A stretch of DNA of 63,574 nucleotides, the filler included, from Acidimicrobiia bacterium (lineage in GTDB: Bacteria; Actinomycetota; Acidimicrobiia; Spongiisociales; SHLN01), in NCBI GenBank assembly GCA_041619515.1. It is 6 parts of 6 records of this genome, joined end to end, with 100 filler letters (N's around TTAATTAATTAA, not from the genome) between each part and the next. Parts side by side here need not be neighbours in the genome. Positions count along the whole stretch, not along the records: positions 22,725 to 33,778 come from JBFKDW010000090.1; positions 33,879 to 44,296 come from JBFKDW010000092.1; 4 more parts are not named here. The stretch is one strand, 5' to 3'. Each line of letters starts with the position of its first letter. Position 1 is the stretch's first letter. A model generated the notes under the pieces. The model ran no database searches. It saw nothing but the letters and a program-made list of their open reading frames with translations, and was not told the origin of the DNA. The position numbers and the translations under genes are program-made. Below, piece by piece: positions 29,131 to 38,166 of the stretch.

Positions 29131-29158
29131 ATTTCGGCGGATTACACGGCCGGCTTGA
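29131..29158 (-). promoter_or_regulatory. sigma28 (FliA/WhiG)-type promoter
   Basis: Minus strand TCAAG-N15-GCCGAAAT, compared with the consensus TAAA(G)-N15-GCCGATAA. Confidence 0.55.
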
Positions 29159-29186
29159 GGAACTTATCGGCCGGTAGGCTGCGGCA

Positions 29187-30062
29187 GTGTTCGACCGTTT
29201 GTGGCCCCCACTCGTGCTGGTGGCACTCGCCAGCTCCTGGGGAGTGATCCCCGTCATCGTCCGCGAGGTCGACCTCTCGAGCGGGCAGCTGGCGGCCAGC
29301 CGTATCTGGCTGTCGACCATGTTTCTGTTCGGCCTGCTTGCCCTGCGCGGCGATGTTCGACTCCCGGTGACGTCGCGGCGGGCGTTCGTCACGAGTGGCC
29401 TGTTGCTGCCGTTGCATTGGTTCACCTTCTTCCAGGCGATAGAGACCACGCGGGTGCTGGTGGCGCTGGTGCTGGTATTCGTGGCGGCTCCCGCCATGTC
29501 GATTGCCGCTACCCGGGTGCTGGGCGAGCCGCTGTCGGTCCTAACGGGGCTGGCCGTCGTAGGCGGATTCATCGGGGCCGCCATCGCCGTCGATCCCTCC
29601 AACGGAGCCACCACCGAAGGAGTCCTCTGGTCGCTTGCCTCCGGCGGCCTGCTGGCGGTGATGCTGCTGGCGGTGAAGCCCGGCGCCGCCGACCTGGGCG
29701 GGCTCAAGTTCGGAGCATGGCAGGGAGTGATCGCCTCGGCGGTCACATTGCCGTGGGCGGCCTCCTCTGTTCCCGACGTGGGCGGCGACCTGCCCCTGGT
29801 GCTGTTTCTCGGCCTCGGGCTCACCGGGATCTCCGGTCTCATCTACCTGGGCACGATGCATCGGGTGCCGGTATCGATGCTGAGCTCCACCATGTACGTC
29901 GAGCCGATGGCCGCAGTGGTGGCTGCCTGGTTGTTGCTCGATGAGGACCCGGGTGCCCGCGGTTGGGTGGGCATCGTGCTGGTGATCGGCTTCGGCGTAG
30001 TGGTCGGCTGGACCAACGAGCGGGCCGCCCGGGTGGCGGCAAAGGTGGGCGCCGCCGTGTGA
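29187..30062 (+). CDS. DMT/EamA family transporter
   Basis: 10 TM segments in two EamA repeats; YVEPMAA motif; leaderless TAGGCT box. Confidence 0.85.
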   Translation: MFDRLWPPLVLVALASSWGVIPVIVREVDLSSGQLAASRIWLSTMFLFGLLALRGDVRLPVTSRRAFVTSGLLLPLHWFTFFQAIETTRVLVALVLVFVAAPAMSIAATRVLGEPLSVLTGLAVVGGFIGAAIAVDPSNGATTEGVLWSLASGGLLAVMLLAVKPGAADLGGLKFGAWQGVIASAVTLPWAASSVPDVGGDLPLVLFLGLGLTGISGLIYLGTMHRVPVSMLSSTMYVEPMAAVVAAWLLLDEDPGARGWVGIVLVIGFGVVVGWTNERAARVAAKVGAAV

Positions 30063-30090
30063 CCCGAGGTACGGCGAGTACCGTGGGCGG

Positions 30091-30543
30091 GTGGTGACAG
30101 CATCGGAGCAGGACACGGTCAGGCTGGTGGCGATCGACGCCGCCAACTGGCGGGCGGCGTGTGCCCTGGACGTCGAAGCGGACCAAGCAGGGTTCGTCGC
30201 ACCCGTTTCCCATTATCTCGCCCTGTGCACCTATGGAGGGGAATGGCACCCGCTCGCCATCATGGCCGGTGAGGTCCTGGTCGGCTTCGTGATGTGGGCC
30301 GTGGACGACGCCGACGACAGCTTCTGGATTGGTGGCCTTCTCGTCGATGCCCGGCACCAACGGCGCGGCTACGGGCGGGCTGCCGTGGAGCTGCTGATCG
30401 CGATGGCAGCCGAGCGCAAATGCTCGGGAGTCGCTCTCAGCTATCAGCCGGCCAACCCGGCCCGGCACCTGTACGGTGCCCTCGGCTTCGTCGAGACCGG
30501 CGAGGTCGAAGACGACGAGGTGGTCGCCCGCCGCCCGGCCTGA
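30091..30543 (+). CDS. GNAT acetyltransferase (polyamine acetyltransferase-like)
   Basis: VDARHQRRGYGRAA and N..ARHLY..LGF motifs. Confidence 0.87.
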   Translation: MVTASEQDTVRLVAIDAANWRAACALDVEADQAGFVAPVSHYLALCTYGGEWHPLAIMAGEVLVGFVMWAVDDADDSFWIGGLLVDARHQRRGYGRAAVELLIAMAAERKCSGVALSYQPANPARHLYGALGFVETGEVEDDEVVARRPA

Positions 30544-30680
30544 GCCGCCGATTCACCGCCCGGCCGGCCCTGATGATCTGAAAGCGGCCTCCGAGAACGG
30601 GACAGGCTCGGGGTTCCCTGGGGTCGATCCCGGGATCTTCCCCGATGGTGGGCGTGGCCGTTCTGGTCGATGCTGGTGGC

Positions 30681-31997
30681 ATGAAAACACTCACCACCGC
30701 CACACAGCTGGCACGGGCCACACCCGCCACCCGCAATCGCTACATCGACCTGCTGCGAGTCCTCTCGATCCTCGTCGTCGTCGTCGGCCATTGGCTGATG
30801 GCAGTTGTCGTCGTCAAGGCCGACGGCTCCGTCGACGGAGGCAACCTCCTCGGAATGGTTCCGTGGTTGCAGTACCTCACCTGGGGCCTCCAGGTGATGC
30901 CGATCTTCTTCATCGTGGGCGGGTTCGCCAACGCCGCCTCGTGGATGTCGGCCCGGGACAGGGGCGTGCCGTACGGGGCGTGGCTGCGCGGCCGCATGGC
31001 ACGGCTGCTGCGCCCGACGCTGGTGTTCGCCGCCGTATGGACGGTGCTGACGCTGGTCTTCGCACACCTGGTTGATTTGAGTCCCGAAACGCTGAAGGCC
31101 GGGACCATGCTCGTCGCCGTCCCCGTCTGGTTCCTCGCCGTCTATCTGCTCGTGATCCCGCTGGTTCCGCTCATGCTGGGACTGCACGACCGGCTCGGAC
31201 TGGTGCTGCCGGTCTCGCTGGTGATCTCGGCCGCCTTCGTCGATGTTCTCGTGCGCGACCTTGGCCTGGTCGGTGTTGGGTACGTCAACTACCTGCTGGT
31301 GTGGCTGGCCGTCCACCAGCTCGGCTTCTTCTGGCGGGACGGCCGGGTCGCCGGCCGGGGACGCGCCGTAGCCCTGGCGGTGGCGGGCCTGGCGGCATTG
31401 GCAATGCTGTCCGCGTCCGGGCTGTATTCACGAAGCCTGCTCGGCGTGCCGGGGGAGGAGTTCGGGAACACCCAGCCGCCCACCGTCATGCTGATCGCCG
31501 TTGCGCTGTTTCAATTCGGTGCCATCCTGCTGCTCGAATCCCGAGCCCGGCGGTGGCTGGAGCGAGAGCGGGTGTGGGCGGCGGTGATCACCGCCAACGG
31601 CCTCGCCATGACCGTCTACCTGTGGCACCTGCCGGCGATGGCGTTCGGAGTGCTGCTCGCCCAGCAGATTGGGGCCGGTCTGGGGGTGGAGCCGCTCACA
31701 GGGACGTGGTGGGCCATCCGTCCGCTGTGGGTACTCGCCCTGGGGGTGATCACCGTCCCGCTCGTTGCGCTGTTTCACGGTGTCGAGCGTGCCGGGACAT
31801 CCGGGCCGATCGGGGCCGGACGGCCGATCGCCGCCGTCGCCGGTGCGATCGCAGCCGCCGTCGGTCTCGGCCTGCTCGCCCTCGGCGGGTTCTATCGCCA
31901 GGACGGCCTCCTCGACCTGGCCGTGCTGCCGCTCGGCCTGTTGGCCGCCGGGGCGCTGCTGCTCGGCCAGCTCAAAGGTTTGATGCTGCGGGGGTGA
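30681..31997 (+). CDS. Acyltransferase family 3 membrane protein
   Basis: RNRYIDLLR, GHW, MPIFFIVGG, R..RL and MTVYLWH motifs. Confidence 0.85.
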   Translation: MKTLTTATQLARATPATRNRYIDLLRVLSILVVVVGHWLMAVVVVKADGSVDGGNLLGMVPWLQYLTWGLQVMPIFFIVGGFANAASWMSARDRGVPYGAWLRGRMARLLRPTLVFAAVWTVLTLVFAHLVDLSPETLKAGTMLVAVPVWFLAVYLLVIPLVPLMLGLHDRLGLVLPVSLVISAAFVDVLVRDLGLVGVGYVNYLLVWLAVHQLGFFWRDGRVAGRGRAVALAVAGLAALAMLSASGLYSRSLLGVPGEEFGNTQPPTVMLIAVALFQFGAILLLESRARRWLERERVWAAVITANGLAMTVYLWHLPAMAFGVLLAQQIGAGLGVEPLTGTWWAIRPLWVLALGVITVPLVALFHGVERAGTSGPIGAGRPIAAVAGAIAAAVGLGLLALGGFYRQDGLLDLAVLPLGLLAAGALLLGQLKGLMLRG

Positions 31998-32012
31998 GAC
32001 CGGGCCGGCAGG

Positions 32013-32333
32013 TCAGTTCGTCAGCTCGGGAGGATCGGCGATCTCACGGCGCAGCCGATCGACCCCGTCGTCCTTGTCGAGGATGCGCTCGGCGGTGGCC
32101 AGCCGATCCCTTTCCGTGCTGAGCACGGCTGCTTCGGCTTCGATCTCGCGCATGCGCAGCTTGTGGCGCTCCTGCATGAGGAACCACCCACCGCCGACGG
32201 CGACCAGGGCGAGAATGGATGCCCCCACCAGAATCGACAGCGCAACCGGAGCGTCGGCCAGAACTGCGACGATCGGGATGAGGAGCGCCAACCCCGCGGG
32301 AATCAGCCAATACGGCCGCTCTTTGTCTTCCAT
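32013..32333 (-). CDS. Small 2-TM hypothetical protein with coiled tail
   Basis: Two hydrophobic helices; leaderless TATTCT box. Confidence 0.6.
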   Translation of the reverse strand: MEDKERPYWLIPAGLALLIPIVAVLADAPVALSILVGASILALVAVGGGWFLMQERHKLRMREIEAEAAVLSTERDRLATAERILDKDDGVDRLRREIADPPELTN

Positions 32334-32405
32334 GGGCTGAGAATAGCCGGTGGTTCGCGAGCCGATCCGGCGCGGCTGCGCAGTGTTTCCGTGTTGTTCC
32401 CGTCT

Positions 32406-32467
32406 GGTTGCCCGGCAACCGCCTAGGTGTGTTGTCCCGCAGGGTTCCCGGAATCCGAAGGGTTCCC
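32406..32467 (-). repeat. Palindromic repeat element (GGGAACCCTTCGG.. x2, CCTAGG, GTTGC-N3-GCAAC) at the dcd 3' end
   Basis: Same motif architecture as the repeats at 57397-57498. Confidence 0.65.
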
Positions 32468-33025
32468 AAAGTCCTCGTGGATGCGGCTGGGGGTCGGGCC
32501 GCGCTGGCCTTGGTACTTGGAGCCGGCCCCGGCGCTCCCATAGGGATGGTCGGCCGGGGTGGAGAGCTCGTAGAAGGAGATCTGGCCGATCTTCATGCCC
32601 GGGTAGATGGCGATCGGCAGGGTCGCCACGTTCGACAGCTCGAGGGTGATGTGTCCCGAGAAGCCCGGGTCGATGAACCCGGCCGTGGAGTGGATGAGGA
32701 GGCCGAGGCGTCCAAGGCTCGACTTGCCTTCGAGGCGGGCAACGATGTCGTCCGACAGGCTCACGACTTCCAGGGTCGACCCCAGCACGAACTCCCCGGG
32801 ATGAAGCATGAACGGGTTGTCCTCGTCCGCTTCGATCTGGGTTGTGAGGTCGGGCTGGGGGGTGCGCGGGTCGATGTACGGGTACCGATGATTCTCAAAC
32901 GTGCGGAAGTACGAGTCGACCCGCACGTCGATGCTGGATGGCTGGATGTTTGCCTCCACGAGCGGTTCCACCTGGATGCGCTTCTCGGCGAGCGCCTCTT
33001 TCATGGTGCGATCGGAAAAGATCAC
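32423..33025 (-). CDS. dcd: dCTP deaminase
   Basis: [29 protein letters not shown] and SKYQGQ motifs. Confidence 0.95.
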   Translation of the reverse strand: MIFSDRTMKEALAEKRIQVEPLVEANIQPSSIDVRVDSYFRTFENHRYPYIDPRTPQPDLTTQIEADEDNPFMLHPGEFVLGSTLEVVSLSDDIVARLEGKSSLGRLGLLIHSTAGFIDPGFSGHITLELSNVATLPIAIYPGMKIGQISFYELSTPADHPYGSAGAGSKYQGQRGPTPSRIHEDFGNPSDSGNPAGQHT

Positions 33026-33045
33026 GACTACTCCGCTGTGGCCCG

Positions 33046-33116
33046 AGCGGGTGAGGGGAATCGGACCCCCGTCCCGAGCTTGGGAAGCTCGTGTTCTACC
33101 ATTGAACTACACCCGC
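33046..33116 (-). tRNA. tRNA-Gly(CCC), CCA not encoded
   Basis: Cloverleaf: GCGGGTG/CACCCGC acceptor stem, D arm GTTC-AATGGTA-GAAC, anticodon arm CGAGC-TTCCCAA-GCTCG, U discriminator; T-loop reads TCCGATT. Confidence 0.92.
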
Positions 33117-33169
33117 GAAGCCGACAGTGTACCGCTTCGCAGTGTCCCGTCCTCGCAGGCGGCTCCGAC

Positions 33170-33778
33170 CTACCACCGGGTGCGGCCGCGGAACTCACGG
33201 CGCGCTTCCCGCAGGTTCTTGCGCAGCCTCAGCAGCTGGCGCTCCAGGGGATCGTTGCCGTGCATGACGTCGGGGCTGGAGACCCCGTCGAGAGCCCGGC
33301 GGAGAGCGTCCCGCACCCGGCTGAGCCACACCTTCACACCCGTGACGATGGCGCCGCTTCCAAGCAGGAACCCACCAACGGCAGCCGGAATCGCTATCTC
33401 GGGAGCACCGACCGCAGTACCGAAGGCGGCACCGGCCGCAGCCGCCGCTCCGAGCCCGGCGACTGCTGCCGCTCCGACGGCTTTGAGCGTGTGGGTCTCG
33501 GCTTCGAGGGCGAGAGCCTGTTCCTCGTCGCGGATTGCCTGGATGCGATGGGTCACTTTGCGGGAGTTCCGCAGCACCCGGGAGCCCCGTCCCATCCGCA
33601 GGCCCATGCGGATTCTGGTGAGCACGTGGGAGTCCTTCTCCCACACGCCGCCGTCGGCGAGCTTGCGGCGCAGGCGCAGGCCCTCCTGGCGGGACATCCA
33701 CTCACCGAGGCGGGATTCAACGGTCTCCCGATCCGAGTAGACGATGGCGCTCTCGGTGATGGAGACGGGCGCGAAGAG
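33170..33778 (-). CDS. Hypothetical membrane-associated protein, 5'-truncated
   Basis: Frame is open to the contig end; C-terminal hydrophobic hairpin. Confidence 0.6.
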   Translation of the reverse strand, partial: LFAPVSITESAIVYSDRETVESRLGEWMSRQEGLRLRRKLADGGVWEKDSHVLTRIRMGLRMGRGSRVLRNSRKVTHRIQAIRDEEQALALEAETHTLKAVGAAAVAGLGAAAAAGAAFGTAVGAPEIAIPAAVGGFLLGSGAIVTGVKVWLSRVRDALRRALDGVSSPDVMHGNDPLERQLLRLRKNLREARREFRGRTRW

Positions 33779-33878
33779 NNNNNNNNNNNNNNNNNNNNNN
33801 NNNNNNNNNNNNNNNNNNNNNNTTAATTAATTAANNNNNNNNNNNNNNNNNNNNNNNNNNNNNNNNNNNNNNNNNNNN
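33779..33878. other. Artificial contig linker
   Basis: N44-TTAATTAATTAA-N44. Confidence 0.98.
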
Positions 33879-34598
33879 CTGGTGGGCTCACCACCCGGAT
33901 ACGTCGGGTACGACGAGGGAGGACAGCTGACAGAGGCCGTTCGTCGCAAGCCATTCTCCGTGGTCCTGTTCGACGAGATCGAGAAGGCCCACCCGGATGT
34001 GTTCCACGCGCTGCTGCAGGTGCTCGACGACGGCCGGCTGACCGACGGGAAGGGCCGCACGGTGGACTTCAAGAACACCGTCATCATCATGACCTCCAAC
34101 CTCGGCACCGCCGACCTCCGGCGTCAGAGCATTGGCTTTGGGGGCGACGACGGCGAAGAGGTCAGCTACGAGCGGATCAAAGAGAAGGTCAACGACGCAC
34201 TCAAGAAGCATTTCCGGCCGGAGTTCCTCAACCGGATCGACGAGGTGATCGCCTTCCACGAGCTGACGATGGACGAGGTCAAGAAGATCGTCGACCTGTT
34301 CATCGTGCGCATCCACGAGCAGCTGGCCTCCCAGGGCCTCGAGATCGTCCTCACGGAGGATGCCAAGGAGCTACTGGCCAAGAAGGGCTACGACCCGCAG
34401 CTGGGAGCACGCCCGCTGCGACGCTCCATTCAGCGCATGCTGGAGGACACGCTGGCCGAGAAGATGCTCTACAACGAGTTCTCCGCCGGGTCGACCGTTC
34501 TCGTCGACGTAGACCCGGACGATCCCGAAGTCCTGGCCTTTGGCGGCGTCGACACCCCCAACGCGCCCCCGGTCGAGCTCGCCGACAGCGAGGGATAG
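33879..34598 (+). CDS. clpC: ATP-dependent Clp protease ATPase subunit, C-terminal part
   Basis: GSPPGYVGYDEGGQLTE, DEIEKAH, MTSN, IGF ClpP-docking loop, FRPEFLNR and GARPLRR motifs. Confidence 0.9.
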   Translation: MVGSPPGYVGYDEGGQLTEAVRRKPFSVVLFDEIEKAHPDVFHALLQVLDDGRLTDGKGRTVDFKNTVIIMTSNLGTADLRRQSIGFGGDDGEEVSYERIKEKVNDALKKHFRPEFLNRIDEVIAFHELTMDEVKKIVDLFIVRIHEQLASQGLEIVLTEDAKELLAKKGYDPQLGARPLRRSIQRMLEDTLAEKMLYNEFSAGSTVLVDVDPDDPEVLAFGGVDTPNAPPVELADSEG

Positions 34599-34743
34599 GC
34601 GAAGAGAGCCTCTTCCGCAGCGGCAGTGCCGTCTCGGATCCTTCTGCCGATCGTCGGCGATATCTTCCTTCCCGCCTCCGTGGGGCGGCGATAGGGGTTT
34701 CCATCGCAGCGAAGCTCGGCCGCTGGCTACGCTGCCCCGCATC

Positions 34744-35397
34744 ATGACGATCACCGAGAAGCGAATATCTCCTGCCATCGTGCTGGCGATCCTCGGGGGT
34801 GCCTACGTGGCGGCTCAGATGATGTCCGACATCGCCAGCCTCAAGATCATCGTCGTGTTCGACCGAGCGGTCGACGCCGGCACACTCGTCTACCCGTTCA
34901 CGTTCACCCTGCGCGACATGGTCCACAAGCTGGCCGGCAAGCAGGTCGCCCGCGCCCTCATCTTCGCTGCGGCAATCATCAATGTGGCGATGGCGGCGCT
35001 CTTTTGGGTCGTGTCCTGGTGGAGCGGCGACCCGAGCGCCGGCGACCAGCAGGCATTCGGAGACGTGCTCGCCCCCGTGTGGCGGATCGTGCTGGCTTCG
35101 ATCGTCGCCGAGGTCGTATCCGAACTGATCGACACCGATGTCTACCAACGCTGGGTGGACCGGTTCGGCCCGCATCTCCAGTGGGGGCGGGTCCTGTCGT
35201 CGAACGCGGTTGCCCTGCCGATCGATTCGGCCATCTTCGTGCTCATCGCCTTTTCCGGTGACCTTCCCGGATCCGCTCTGTGGGAGATCTTCTGGCTCAA
35301 TGTGATCTTCAAGGGGGTCGTGACGGTCATCTCGCTCCCATGGATCTACCTCGTCAAGGCTCCGCCGCTCGACTCGACGCCGAACGGGGCGGTGTAG
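34744..35397 (+). CDS. yhhQ: Queuosine precursor transporter (VUT/YhhQ family)
   Basis: ASLKI..AGTLVYPFTFTLRD, RIVLAS and R...SN....IDS.IF motifs. Confidence 0.82.
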   Translation: MTITEKRISPAIVLAILGGAYVAAQMMSDIASLKIIVVFDRAVDAGTLVYPFTFTLRDMVHKLAGKQVARALIFAAAIINVAMAALFWVVSWWSGDPSAGDQQAFGDVLAPVWRIVLASIVAEVVSELIDTDVYQRWVDRFGPHLQWGRVLSSNAVALPIDSAIFVLIAFSGDLPGSALWEIFWLNVIFKGVVTVISLPWIYLVKAPPLDSTPNGAV

Positions 35398-35460
35398 TTA
35401 GAATCGAGTTGGGAGATGGATCAGATCTCCCTACCGAAGGATTCAGGAGGATTCCATCTC

Positions 35461-36522
35461 ATGTTGAGAAAAAGCAAGACGTTCATCGCGCTCTTCGCCG
35501 TTCTGGCCCTCGTTGCCACCGCATGCGGCGACGACACGGGCGGCGACGGCGACACCGCGCAGATCTGTGAGGTAACCGACGTCGGCGGCGTCGACGACAA
35601 GGGGTTCAACGCATCCGCCTGGGCAGGCGCTCAGCGGGCTGCGGCCGATTTCGGCGCCGAGGCCAAAGTGCTCGAGTCCCAGGCCGAGACCGACTACGAG
35701 GTGAACCTGAACTCGTTCATCGACCAGCAGTGTGATCTGATCGTCACGGTTGGATTCCTGCTCGGTGACGCCACCAAGGACTCTGCCAACGCCAACCCGG
35801 ACCAGAAGTACACGATCGTCGACTTCGCCTACGGCACGAACGACGACGGTACACCCGAGATAACCAACGCCAATGTGAAAGGTCTCGTGTTCAACACCGA
35901 CGAAGCCGCCTTCCTGGCCGGCTACGTAGCTGCCGGCACGACCGAAACGGGAACGGTGGGCACCTTCGGCGGGATCAACATTCCGCCGGTGACCATCTTC
36001 ATGGACGGGTTCGTCCGTGGCGTTGACTATTACAACGCTCAGAAGGGGACCGACGTGAATGTCCTCGGCTGGGACCCGGTGACCCAGGAAGGTTCGTTCA
36101 CGAACAACTTCGAGAGTCTCGATGACGGCCGGGCCTTCGCCCAGAGCCTCGTCGACGAGGGTGCCGACATCGTCATGCCGGTCGCAGGCCCGGTCGGCCT
36201 CGGTTCGGCGGCCCTCGCCTCCGAGCTTGGCACCTTCTACATCATCGGCGTGGACGTCGATGGCTTCGAAGCCGACGCCAACAACGGCGCCGTCTATCTG
36301 ACCTCGGTGTTGAAGCGGATCGACAACGCGGTATACGACGCGGCCGATGAGACGCTGAACGGCACGTTCTCCGACGTGCTGTACGTGGGAACCCTCGCCA
36401 ACGAGGGTGTTGGGCTTGCCCCCTACCACGATCTCGCCAGCATGGTTCCCGCCGATGTGCAGTCTGAGGTCGAAGCCCTCAAGGCCGACATCATCAGCGG
36501 CGCCGTGAGCGTCAAGGGCTAA
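35461..36522 (+). CDS. BMP family nucleoside-binding lipoprotein
   Basis: Lipobox ATAC, DVGGVDDKGFN, VGF, AFLAG and IGVDVD motifs; AGGAGG RBS. Confidence 0.9.
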   Translation: MLRKSKTFIALFAVLALVATACGDDTGGDGDTAQICEVTDVGGVDDKGFNASAWAGAQRAAADFGAEAKVLESQAETDYEVNLNSFIDQQCDLIVTVGFLLGDATKDSANANPDQKYTIVDFAYGTNDDGTPEITNANVKGLVFNTDEAAFLAGYVAAGTTETGTVGTFGGINIPPVTIFMDGFVRGVDYYNAQKGTDVNVLGWDPVTQEGSFTNNFESLDDGRAFAQSLVDEGADIVMPVAGPVGLGSAALASELGTFYIIGVDVDGFEADANNGAVYLTSVLKRIDNAVYDAADETLNGTFSDVLYVGTLANEGVGLAPYHDLASMVPADVQSEVEALKADIISGAVSVKG

Positions 36523-36541
36523 CTCGAGCCCACTCGATCGA

Positions 36542-36571
36542 CTGGAGCCCCCTCTCGCGAGGGGGCTCCAG
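36542..36571 (+). terminator. Intra-operon hairpin after the BMP gene (terminator or mRNA stabiliser)
   Basis: CTGGAGCCCCCTC-TCGC-GAGGGGGCTCCAG, a perfect 13-bp stem. Confidence 0.7.
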
Positions 36572-36651
36572 CGCGTGGCAGTCCGGATGGCGAAGCACGA
36601 TTATCGCGAGCTAGGCTGGCCCGGCGTTGCCCAGCACCAAGTGGAGGCCCG

Positions 36652-38166
36652 GTGGAGCTCGAGCTCAGAGGTATCACCAAGCGGTTCCCCGGCGTGCTGG
36701 CCAACGACAACGTCAACCTGACCATTCGCACCGGCGAGATCCTCTGCCTGCTCGGCGAGAATGGTGCCGGCAAGTCCACCCTCATGAACATCATGTACGG
36801 GCTGTACTCGGCCACCGAGGGGCAGATCCTCATCGACGGTGAGGTGGTGGAGTTCAATGGGCCGGGCGACGCCATCGCCGCCGGCATCGGAATGGTCCAC
36901 CAGCACTTCATGCTCGTGCCCGTCTTCAGCGTGGCCGAGAACGTCGTCCTCGGCGTGGAGCCGACCAAGGGCCCCGGGGGCGTCCTCGACTTCGAGGAGG
37001 CGCGACGGGACGTGCGTGAGATCTCCTCCCAATACAACCTCGAAGTAGATCCCGACGCGATCATCGAAGACCTCCCCGTCGGTATCCAGCAACGCGTCGA
37101 GATCATCAAAGTGCTCTTCCGGGACGCTGAGATCCTCGTGTTCGATGAGCCCACGGCAGTCCTCACTCCCCAGGAGGTCGAGGAGTTCTTCGGGATCGTT
37201 CGCAACCTCAAGGCCGACGGGAAAGGGATCATCTTCATAACCCACAAGCTGAAAGAAGTGCTGGAGATTGCCGACCGCATCGCCGTGCTCCGACGCGGCG
37301 CCGTGGTGGGGGAAGCCGATCCCGAGACTGCGACAGAAAAGACACTGGCCGAGATGATGGTGGGCCGCCCGGTGGTGCTGAAAGTGGACAAGAAACCGGC
37401 CCAACCGGGCGACGTGGTGCTGGAAGTGCAGGATCTCGATGTGCTCAACGTACACGACCAGCTGGCCGTGAATCAGGTGTCATTCGAGGTGCGAAAAGGT
37501 GAGATCGTCGGCATCGCCGGCGTGCAGGGCAACGGTCAGACGGAGCTGGTCGAGGCACTCACCGGGTTGCGGGAGTCGGTCGCCGGCACAGTGAAGATCA
37601 GCGGCGCCGACTTCACCAACGCGTCGCCCCGCGCCGTCCACCATGCCAGCGTCGCCCACGTGCCCGAGGACCGGCAGCGGAGCGGTCTGGTCCTCAGGTT
37701 CACATTGACCGAGAACTTCGTCCTCGACTCCTACTACGACGAGCCGTTCAGCCATGGGGTGCGAATGGATTGGGATCGGAGCCGGCAAGAAGCCGTGCGG
37801 CTGATCGAGGAGTTCGACGTGCGCACGCCGTCCTCCGAGGTCATGGCGAGCAACCTCTCGGGTGGCAATCAACAGAAGGTGATCGTGGCCCGTGAGTTCG
37901 GACGCGACGTCGAGCTCGTCATCGCGTCGCAACCAACCCGGGGCATCGACGTCGGGTCCATCGAGTTCATCCACGAGCGGATCATCGAGGAGCGAGATCA
38001 AGGAGCTGCAGTGCTCATCGTGTCCTCGGAGCTCGACGAGGTGATGGCGCTCTCGGATCGGGTGCTCGTCATGTTCGACGGCCGCATCGTGGCGGAGAAG
38101 CGTCCCAACGAAACCACCAACGCCGAGATCGGCCTCTACATGGCAGGAGCAACCAGCGACGCATGA
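36652..38166 (+). CDS. Nucleoside/sugar (CUT2) ABC transporter double ATPase
   Basis: GENGAGKST, MVHQHF, PEDR, LSGGNQQK and QPTRGID motifs. Confidence 0.92.
   Translation: MELELRGITKRFPGVLANDNVNLTIRTGEILCLLGENGAGKSTLMNIMYGLYSATEGQILIDGEVVEFNGPGDAIAAGIGMVHQHFMLVPVFSVAENVVLGVEPTKGPGGVLDFEEARRDVREISSQYNLEVDPDAIIEDLPVGIQQRVEIIKVLFRDAEILVFDEPTAVLTPQEVEEFFGIVRNLKADGKGIIFITHKLKEVLEIADRIAVLRRGAVVGEADPETATEKTLAEMMVGRPVVLKVDKKPAQPGDVVLEVQDLDVLNVHDQLAVNQVSFEVRKGEIVGIAGVQGNGQTELVEALTGLRESVAGTVKISGADFTNASPRAVHHASVAHVPEDRQRSGLVLRFTLTENFVLDSYYDEPFSHGVRMDWDRSRQEAVRLIEEFDVRTPSSEVMASNLSGGNQQKVIVAREFGRDVELVIASQPTRGIDVGSIEFIHERIIEERDQGAAVLIVSSELDEVMALSDRVLVMFDGRIVAEKRPNETTNAEIGLYMAGATSDA

Noticed and set aside
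30600..30680. GGGGT/CCC-rich segment upstream of the acyltransferase as another repeat copy or regulator site
   Set aside because: Only a short GGGTTCCC match; it may be a response-regulator site but cannot be supported from sequence alone.
33046..33778. Integrative element at tRNA-Gly
   Set aside because: No integrase, att duplication or phage genes; the tRNA-Gly/dcd adjacency is ordinary.
34599..34743. preQ1 riboswitch upstream of the yhhQ-like gene
   Set aside because: No recognisable aptamer or A-rich 3' tail; a TACGCT box close to the ATG suggests a very short leader.
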